Of a stretch of DNA of 64,000 nt, positions 57,641 to 64,000 are shown piece after piece; within the stretch, counting starts at the first letter, position 1; each line of letters begins with the position of its first letter. A program made the position numbers and the translations under genes. This DNA comes from Patescibacteria group bacterium (GTDB lineage: Bacteria > Patescibacteriota > Patescibacteriia > GWA2-46-9), in the NCBI GenBank assembly GCA_041660005.1, contig JBAZXG010000001.1, positions 71,689 through 135,688 of the forward strand. The letters are read 5' to 3'. The notes under the pieces are model-generated. The model had not been told where the DNA came from and made no database searches. It saw only the letters and a list, made by a program, of their open reading frames with translations.

Positions 57641-57888
57641 ACGGGTTGAGGAGTATCCTGTCGTGCTCTCAATTTGCCCGTAGAGCCTGTTCAAGATCTC
57701 GCGGTACCCGTCCTGAAAATGCAGGTTTTTGAGCGAAAAACGAGACGGAGTGCGAAGCGTAATGTTGTTACGGTAAGTGCGAGACGAAGTTTTGCAGCCA
57801 AAAACATAGCATCTTAAGGTTGGGGGAAGATCTTGAACAGGTTCTTGGCTCCCTCAACCCGCATACACTACTACTGCAAAACAAATTG
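57641..57888 (+). ncRNA. Candidate structured RNA (~245 nt) with long-range terminal pairing; strand uncertain
   Basis: 5' GGGTTGAGGAG...AGCCTGTTCAAGATCT pairs with 3' AGATCTTGAACAGGTT...CTCCCTCAACCC, giving 12-bp and 15-bp helices separated by an internal loop. Lies in a 440-bp intergenic gap. Confidence 0.35.
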
Positions 57889-57927
57889 TTTATTACCGGG
57901 TCTTCGAGCGAAGCGCACATAGCAAAG

Positions 57928-57957
57928 TGCATTTCCGAGCGACGTTAGAATCAAGGG
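57928..57957 (+). repeat. 30-bp conserved motif TGCATTTCCGAGCGACGTTAGAATCAAGGG, copy 2 of 2
   Basis: Matches 7358-7388. Confidence 0.5.
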
Positions 57958-57975
57958 ATTAATACCATTTATTTC

Positions 57976-58749
57976 TTATTGACTCGGAACACCAGGAAAA
58001 AACAGAGGCGGACCAATATGCCGCGGTCTTGGCATTGCTGGCAAGTCATCACTATCAACACGACCAATGCCAAGGGCTTGAATGGTGTTTTCAAAAAGCT
58101 CACCGAATACAACAACGTTGTCTCCTGGCTGTACTGCTAAACCAAAAGGGAAACGAGTATCCGAAGTGACGGTGACGTGAATGACTGATCCTCGACGTGT
58201 TTGTATATCAAAATTTTCGTCAGCGACCTCAGTAACGATACCTTTATGTACATCGGAAAAACGCTGTCCGCCAAAGCCACGGTAAAGTGGCCCAGCGAAC
58301 GGAAGCTCATTTCGTTCGGCGCTGAGTAGCAGTCGATGATGGAGCGGTGTCAGTGCTACAAGAAAACCACCAAGAAAAACTAATACCATAACACTAATGG
58401 CTGAGTAGAGCAGTGGACGACGGTAGGCAAGTGGATAGCGTCGAACAAGTGCCTCAAGAAGTCCAATAAAAAGAAGCGCAGTGCCGATGAGTAGCCAAGG
58501 CAAAGATCGAAGGAAGACGCCTAACCCGCCCCAACCAAACGCTGGTACGAACCATACGCCACTCAAGTGCAGGACGAAGAAACCAAGACTGATGACAAAA
58601 AGAATGGTCAGCACCAAAAGCACGACGCCAGTCATCAAAAGCGCACTCTTTAATACAAAATGCCAGCGCGGCCGCATGGCGACTTCGCCCAAGCGAATTT
58701 TTTGTAGCACGAGGTCGCGCAAATTTTTATGTTCAGAATTGTGAGCCAT
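57976..58749 (-). CDS. Putative anti-sigma factor / membrane protein co-transcribed with the ECF sigma factor
   Basis: Overlaps the sigma gene stop. Cytoplasmic N-terminus, then TM segments. Confidence 0.45.
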   Translation of the reverse strand: MAHNSEHKNLRDLVLQKIRLGEVAMRPRWHFVLKSALLMTGVVLLVLTILFVISLGFFVLHLSGVWFVPAFGWGGLGVFLRSLPWLLIGTALLFIGLLEALVRRYPLAYRRPLLYSAISVMVLVFLGGFLVALTPLHHRLLLSAERNELPFAGPLYRGFGGQRFSDVHKGIVTEVADENFDIQTRRGSVIHVTVTSDTRFPFGLAVQPGDNVVVFGELFENTIQALGIGRVDSDDLPAMPRPRHIGPPLFFPGVPSQ

Positions 58750-59305
58750 ATGTGTGTTGTAAATCAGGTGAACGCTGTAATAGTTGCTGCTTACCGCGGC
58801 TAATACGAACGCCTACAGTCGAAATCGGAATCTGCATAACTTCAGCAATCTCTTGGTAACTCAAGTCTTCAAAAAAGTACAGCACCAAAGGTTCACGATA
58901 CTTTTCATCTAATTTACCCAGTGAGTCATCAAGGGCCGCTCGTAATTCTTTTTCATGGATGGCTCGATCGGCTGATTCGTTTGATAAGGGATGCGGGAAA
59001 AGCGTGTCTGGATCAAAAAAAGGAACAGGAAGACGCGCATGCTTATGGAGAGTATTTATAAATTCATTATGGGCGATGCGATAGAGCCAGGGAGAAAAAC
59101 GACGATTGGTATTAAATCCTTGAATGTTTGCATACGCCTTTAAAAAAACGTCTTGAACGACGTCTTCGCTGTCCTCGCGCCCAAAGAGAAACTTGCTGGC
59201 ATAACGTAACATCTTCTGTTCGTAACGTTCTACCAGTATGCCAAACGCTTCCGTATCTCCTTGCTGGACCTTGAACGCTATTTCCTCATCAGTAGGACTC
59301 GACAT
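58733..59305 (-). CDS. ECF-family RNA polymerase sigma-70 factor
   Basis: Region 2 (DVVQDVFLKAY...) and region 4 (LSYQEIAEVMQIPISTVGVRISRG). Start probably at MSSPTDEE; the tracked ORF extends to 59347. Confidence 0.8.
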   Translation of the reverse strand: MSSPTDEEIAFKVQQGDTEAFGILVERYEQKMLRYASKFLFGREDSEDVVQDVFLKAYANIQGFNTNRRFSPWLYRIAHNEFINTLHKHARLPVPFFDPDTLFPHPLSNESADRAIHEKELRAALDDSLGKLDEKYREPLVLYFFEDLSYQEIAEVMQIPISTVGVRISRGKQQLLQRSPDLQHTYGSQF

Positions 59306-59353
59306 AGGGCCATCTATTATTACACTAAAACAGTGAAATTCTTTCAACCTCCC

Positions 59354-60370
59354 TTAGGCAATCGACAGTGACTGTTTGTAGCGCTTAAGCATTTGCTCGG
59401 AAACTTTTGAAATATCAAGCGATGCGGCTAATTGCTCTGCACGTTCCCCAAGCTCCCGACGAAGATGAGGGTCATTCTTCAGACGCTCGAGCTCTCGCGC
59501 AAAATCTTCATCACTCTTCGCTTTCAAGCAGTTACTGCCATGCTCGAGCCACCCTTCGTAGACGGGAATATCCCGAACGAGTATCGGTAAACCTGCAGCT
59601 GCCGCTTCGAGGATTGCCATGCCTTCGTTTTCCTCACGAGAAGGAAAAACAAAAATATCTAAAATTGAAAACGCTTCTTGCACATCAGGAACGTAACCAG
59701 TAAAACAAACGTTCTGTGGTAAATTTTTTGGTAGTGCCGGCGTGAGCAGTGTTGAATACTGTTTACCAAACCAAACAAAAGAAAGCGATGGAAAATGATT
59801 TGCTAAGAAAAGAAAGGTATCAATGCCTTTACGCGGAACAACCAAACCAACCGTACCCACTGCAATCTCATGCGTAATCGCGTAACGCCTCCGACCACGG
59901 GCACGTTTCATTTCGTCACGTTTGTAGTGTAGAGCGACAACGGCGTTTGATTGCACCTGCAATTTTTCTGGTGCTAGTCCATAGCCAATAAGTAGCTCTC
60001 GCGTATAAACGGTCGGGCAAAGCACCACATCTGCCAAACCATAAGCGTAGGTAAGGTAGCGCTTGAGTAATCCAACACCGTAGCCAGAAAAACGAAATAC
60101 TTCGCGCGCATCTTCGGCGGTCACATGCGCCCAAACAATTACCGGTATCCCCAGCCGTCGCGCACGTTTCATTAAAAAAAGCGACCGTACCCACGGCGTA
60201 TTAATTTGCAATATATCACCATCAAGGTGCGAGGACTCACTAAAAGGAATACCAAGCTGCAACAGCATTTCTTTTTGGTTGCGATAAGAACTTAAAAGTC
60301 CAGTGCCAATATTTTTAAAAAGCCGACCCTTGAATAGGGTGCGATACTCAAGATAGAGACAAATCTTCAT
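59354..60370 (-). CDS. Glycosyltransferase family 4
   Basis: C-terminal E-x7-E-like region (EGMAILEAAAAGLPILV). Confidence 0.7.
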   Translation of the reverse strand: MKICLYLEYRTLFKGRLFKNIGTGLLSSYRNQKEMLLQLGIPFSESSHLDGDILQINTPWVRSLFLMKRARRLGIPVIVWAHVTAEDAREVFRFSGYGVGLLKRYLTYAYGLADVVLCPTVYTRELLIGYGLAPEKLQVQSNAVVALHYKRDEMKRARGRRRYAITHEIAVGTVGLVVPRKGIDTFLFLANHFPSLSFVWFGKQYSTLLTPALPKNLPQNVCFTGYVPDVQEAFSILDIFVFPSREENEGMAILEAAAAGLPILVRDIPVYEGWLEHGSNCLKAKSDEDFARELERLKNDPHLRRELGERAEQLAASLDISKVSEQMLKRYKQSLSIA

Positions 60371-60372
60371 AG

Positions 60373-61536
60373 CTAGTCGTTCAGTGCTTGCTTGTAGATA
60401 GTTTCAAGCTGCAACAGCAATTTTTCCGGATCGTACTGAAGCGCCAACTGACGAGAAGATTTACCGTAGCGCTCTTGCAACTCGCTCTCTTCTGCCAAGG
60501 TCACGAGCGCCGCAGCAAGTGCTTTGGTGTCGCCAGGTTCAGCCAAAAATCCGTTTTCTTTTTCCTTAACAAGCTCTGGCACGCCGAGCGCCCGCACGCC
60601 GACAATGGGTAGTCCAACCGCCATGGCCTCAAGAATGGTCATGGGCATATTTTCACTGCAGCTGGCGGTAATAAAACCATCAGACACCTGTAAAATTTCA
60701 ACTATTTCCTTACTGCTCTTCATGCCAAGGAAACGAACCGAATCAGCTATGCCCCGTGCTTTTGTCAGCGCCTCCAAAGATTCACGTTCTGGGCCGTCAC
60801 CAACCACAAGTAAAGTAATGCGCTGAAGTTTCTTTTGAGCAAGCGCAACCGCTTCCAAAACAGCGGCAACATTTTTTTCATAACTTAACCGGCCCACGTA
60901 CACAAAAACCGGCCCAGACAACTGTAACGAGGATCGCAAGGCAACGCGTCGAGGTACGTCTGCCGGAGAAAAAAATGAAGCATCGACGGCGTTCGGTAAT
61001 ATAGTAATTGGCTTCATAAGGCCATGCTCCTCTAAGGCTTCAGCCAGCGCCTTACTTTGACTGAGCACATAGTGACAACGATTATAGAAACCCACGATAT
61101 ACTTCCAAGAAAGCCACTTTGCCCAATCAAAATCAAGACGCAAATGGCGCAAATAATGATCGTGAAAGGTATGATGCGTCCCAATGAGTGGCACGCGAAA
61201 AACACGAGAGAGGTAGAGCGCCTCCAGCCCAACAGAAAATGGGGTATGCGCATGGATAATTTGCGGGCGAAATTTTTTCATTTGGTAGACCGTCATACCA
61301 AGAGGAATAGCAAGACGCTCTCCGGGATAGAGAGGAAAACGTACTGAGGGCACCGTAATCAGCTGATAGCCGTCTTTCGTTTTGGTCGACCGCACCATCA
61401 TGCTGTTTGGTGACGAATTCGTTACAACGCAGACCTCATGACCACGCTTTATAAGATCGCGCGCTGAAGTGGCGACAACCGTAGCCACACCATTTACCTG
61501 CGGGAAAAAAGTATCGCTAAAAAGCGCTATGCGCAT
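60373..61536 (-). CDS. Glycosyltransferase family 4
   Basis: MRIALFSDTFFPQVNGVATVV opening and ENMPMTILEAMAVGLPIVG. Confidence 0.8.
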   Translation of the reverse strand: MRIALFSDTFFPQVNGVATVVATSARDLIKRGHEVCVVTNSSPNSMMVRSTKTKDGYQLITVPSVRFPLYPGERLAIPLGMTVYQMKKFRPQIIHAHTPFSVGLEALYLSRVFRVPLIGTHHTFHDHYLRHLRLDFDWAKWLSWKYIVGFYNRCHYVLSQSKALAEALEEHGLMKPITILPNAVDASFFSPADVPRRVALRSSLQLSGPVFVYVGRLSYEKNVAAVLEAVALAQKKLQRITLLVVGDGPERESLEALTKARGIADSVRFLGMKSSKEIVEILQVSDGFITASCSENMPMTILEAMAVGLPIVGVRALGVPELVKEKENGFLAEPGDTKALAAALVTLAEESELQERYGKSSRQLALQYDPEKLLLQLETIYKQALND

Positions 61537-62363
61537 ACGTCCGTTAAAAATTCAAGAATAATGCCAGAAACTTTGTCTTGCGCATGGGATGCCAAAAAAT
61601 GATTTGGATGCACAATGGTAACCACCTCAGCGCCAAGGCGCGTCGCCATTGTTTTTGCTTCGCTCACGCTAAAAAAGGGGTCATGCTCTGCACGAACAAC
61701 AGTTGTTGGAAAATAAAGTTGTTTTAGTTCTCCGCTGAAGTCCAGCGTACTCATGAGCGCCATCAACCACAAATTTACAGAAATCGGCATGCTCTTTAAC
61801 CCTTCATACACAGAGTACCAATAACCTCGCAGTGCTGTTTTCTGATATTGGTAATAAAAATAACGCCGTCGCTTTTGCCAGAGCATAAGGTAAGCGACTC
61901 CGTTCAAGAAAGTCGTTAGCAGACGAGCCACCACCGAGAAACCGCGCTCAACGATTGGATTAATGTAATTTGCACTAATGAGCATGAGTCCGCTTAAAGA
62001 CGACGGGTAATGCAAGGCGTAATCAAGGGCTACGCAGCCGCCAAATGAGTAGCCAACGAGGATAAAGTGCTTAATGCGTTCATGCTCAACAATTTGCCTG
62101 AGATCACTCGTAAAACGGGGAAAGGTATAGAGGGAACGACGTCGAGTTTTATCGGAGTACCCATGACCGCGCATGTCAACCATGAGGCAGTTGTATTGCT
62201 GAGCTCTGAGCAATGCGACAACACCAGACCACGTCGTATGATTCGCTGATAAACCATGCAAGAACACCACCCAAGGACGGTTCGGGAACGTATCATCAAT
62301 AAAGTAATAAATTTTGCCCGCGTCGGTTGCGATAAACTTTTTTTGCAAAAAGTCTGGATCCAT
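61527..62363 (-). CDS. Alpha/beta-hydrolase fold protein
   Basis: VVFLHGLSANH and GYSFGG nucleophile elbow. Confidence 0.7.
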   Translation of the reverse strand: MDPDFLQKKFIATDAGKIYYFIDDTFPNRPWVVFLHGLSANHTTWSGVVALLRAQQYNCLMVDMRGHGYSDKTRRRSLYTFPRFTSDLRQIVEHERIKHFILVGYSFGGCVALDYALHYPSSLSGLMLISANYINPIVERGFSVVARLLTTFLNGVAYLMLWQKRRRYFYYQYQKTALRGYWYSVYEGLKSMPISVNLWLMALMSTLDFSGELKQLYFPTTVVRAEHDPFFSVSEAKTMATRLGAEVVTIVHPNHFLASHAQDKVSGIILEFLTDVCA

Positions 62364-62401
62364 AATAATGAGTTTGGTGGAAACAGTCGCCGGACAGTCC
62401 C

Positions 62402-62989
62402 CTAGACACTACGGCGACGGAACAACCGATGCAATAAAAAATAAAACAGCAGGACAAAAACAACAAGAATCATAATAGCTACGCCTACATAGTTTAAGTA
62501 ACTATCAATAGAAGCGTACGCTTTACCAAAATAATAGCCAACCACAATTAAAAGTAAGGACTTCGGCAGCGTCCCCAAAAGGTTATACCAAATGAATTGC
62601 AAAAACGGCACTCGGGCAACTCCTGCGGCAACCAGTATGGCGCCGCCCACCGCATGCATGACTTTCCCTGCAAGTAACGTTTTTCCCGTATGTGCATCAA
62701 AGTGCTGGTCGAGCGTTGCTATGCGATCCTTGGTGATGCCAATAAACCGACCCCAACGATCGATAAACCGACCGCGACCCCAACGACCAATAACATAATA
62801 AACGCAGTCGCCAACAAGATCGCCAACCGTCACGACTGCGTACGCTAACCAAAAATTGATATACCCAAGTGAAGCAATGAAACCAGCGAGCACGGTAACA
62901 ATCGGCCCTTCAACCATCACCAAAGGAAATAGCACAAGATAGCGATAGACCAGCAGCCAGGACATGACTGTCTCAAGAGAAAACTGCAT
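62402..62989 (-). CDS. DedA-family (VTT/SNARE-associated) membrane protein
   Basis: DedA-like TM layout with a conserved GDLVGDCVYYVIGRWG region. Confidence 0.6.
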   Translation of the reverse strand: MQFSLETVMSWLLVYRYLVLFPLVMVEGPIVTVLAGFIASLGYINFWLAYAVVTVGDLVGDCVYYVIGRWGRGRFIDRWGRFIGITKDRIATLDQHFDAHTGKTLLAGKVMHAVGGAILVAAGVARVPFLQFIWYNLLGTLPKSLLLIVVGYYFGKAYASIDSYLNYVGVAIMILVVFVLLFYFLLHRLFRRRSV

Positions 62990-63056
62990 ACTTTATAAAA
63001 ACAAAGCTACGCTAACAAAACGCTTGAGTAGGATAAAGTACTCCACAAACATTTTG

Positions 63057-63452
63057 CTATTCAGTTGTGCGTCCATCAAAATGCTCTTCTTCTGCTGCAG
63101 CGCTTGCCTTGCTCACGCGCACAACGCCATCTCGATGTTCGGGCGGCGCATAAAGCGTATAAAGCTTCATCGGTGCATCGTTAGAAGTATTTATAATATT
63201 GTGGCGTGTACCCGCCGGAACAATAATTGCTGAGCCGTTACTAATCGAATGATGAACGCCGTCAAGAATCGCCTCGCCTATTCCGGACTCAACGCGCAAA
63301 AACTGATCCAAGGTGTGCACTTCTTCGCCAATATCTTCCAGGGGTGCCAGTGACATAAGAACCAACTGACAATGCTTGGCTGTATAGAGCACCCGACGAA
63401 AATCAGCATTCTCCATAGCCGCAGATTCGATGTTTGCTACATAACCGCGCAT
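63057..63452 (-). CDS. Cupin-domain protein
   Basis: HTLDQFLRVESGIGEAILDGVHHSISNGSAIIVPAGTRHNIIN matches cupin motifs G(X)5HXH...G...H. Confidence 0.6.
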   Translation of the reverse strand: MRGYVANIESAAMENADFRRVLYTAKHCQLVLMSLAPLEDIGEEVHTLDQFLRVESGIGEAILDGVHHSISNGSAIIVPAGTRHNIINTSNDAPMKLYTLYAPPEHRDGVVRVSKASAAAEEEHFDGRTTE

Positions 63453-63632
63453 AGTAGTTACTATTAATTATTAAAAGACTTGATTCACTGCTCTTATCGT
63501 AATGCCAATGACGTGCTCGAGCAAGCTCTCGTCGATGTCGCGCTCACGCTAATAAAAGCAGTCCTTACGAGCATGAAATAAGCACTTCTGCGAAACAGCA
63601 ACCCTGCTCCGAACCATTCATTGAGAGTCCCT

Positions 63633-63992
63633 CTATTGCTTCACTCTCCAATTTTTTGCAGCGAAATCTTGTACCACCAAAGCAGCGGCAACGGCTACCA
63701 AACTAAGACCCCAGGCAAGGAGTGCAAGCATGCTGAGCTCGCCAGCTCTCCGTTCCACTTCTCTTAAGGAACGGCCCGCAACAACATACCCGCTCTTGCC
63801 ACCACCTTCATACGGGCGAACAACGACGGCGCTTCTAACACCAACCTTCGGCTGCCACGTTACCCGATTCTCCCCTTTCTGCGTAGCAGCAGCGAGCACG
63901 CCAACAGGAACAGAAAGTGTCTTGCCGTCAAGCGAAGCAGTGGAAGCAAGCGACGTACCTTGCTTGTCAACGATCATGACAAAAACAGCCAA
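63633..63992 (-). CDS. Hypothetical protein with a C-terminal TM segment; may extend beyond the window
   Basis: ORF track only. No family recognised. Confidence 0.25.
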   Translation of the reverse strand: MAVFVMIVDKQGTSLASTASLDGKTLSVPVGVLAAATQKGENRVTWQPKVGVRSAVVVRPYEGGGKSGYVVAGRSLREVERRAGELSMLALLAWGLSLVAVAAALVVQDFAAKNWRVKQ

Positions 63993-64000
63993 ACGATTTG

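Noticed and set aside
63633-63992. Confident annotation of the terminal 119-aa ORF
   Set aside because: It has no recognisable motifs and sits at the window edge, so it may be part of a longer or different gene. Kept only as a low-confidence feature.

Overview
This 64-kb window is a gene-dense, roughly 45% GC bacterial chromosome segment with a strongly housekeeping backbone. Backbone genes include kbl-tdh, glmS, valS, tyrS, argS, lgt, infC-rpmI-rplT, tRNA-Asp, tmRNA with smpB, alpha2-type glyQS, lexA-dinB, typA, a DEAD-box helicase, a MacAB-like efflux system, and an ECF sigma/anti-sigma pair with GT4 glycosyltransferases. The alpha2-type GlyRS, a CPR-style T4SS-pilin-like protein and many small membrane proteins are weakly suggestive of a Patescibacteria/CPR-like organism; this is inference only. 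Several short high-GC (~60%) cassettes interrupt the backbone at about 6.60-7.15, 16.1-20.5, 28.9-29.96, 30.95-31.25, 45.19-48.13 and 48.2-49.44 kb. Their ORFs have strong AGGAGG-type ribosome-binding sites and their own hairpin terminators. Three of the cassettes carry copies of a conserved, highly structured noncoding element of about 390 nt bounded by palindromic hairpins. The most unusual locus is 39.5-45.0 kb. It holds a roughly 1080-aa secreted protein combining a beta-helix, an LCAT-like alpha/beta-hydrolase lipase domain and beta-sandwich domains, followed by five tandem paralogous 3-TM membrane proteins. That locus is punctuated by a 22-bp perfect palindrome (TTCCATGTACTAGTACATGGAA) present five times between 39.4 and 48.2 kb. 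Other notable points are 33-34-bp tandem repeats abutting the 3' ends of tRNA-Asp and tmRNA, a sequence upstream of valS that recurs in expanded form at an island junction, a 36-bp perfect palindrome, and a candidate structured RNA at 57.64-57.89 kb. All calls are from manual reading of the sequence and ORF track; no database searches were run.
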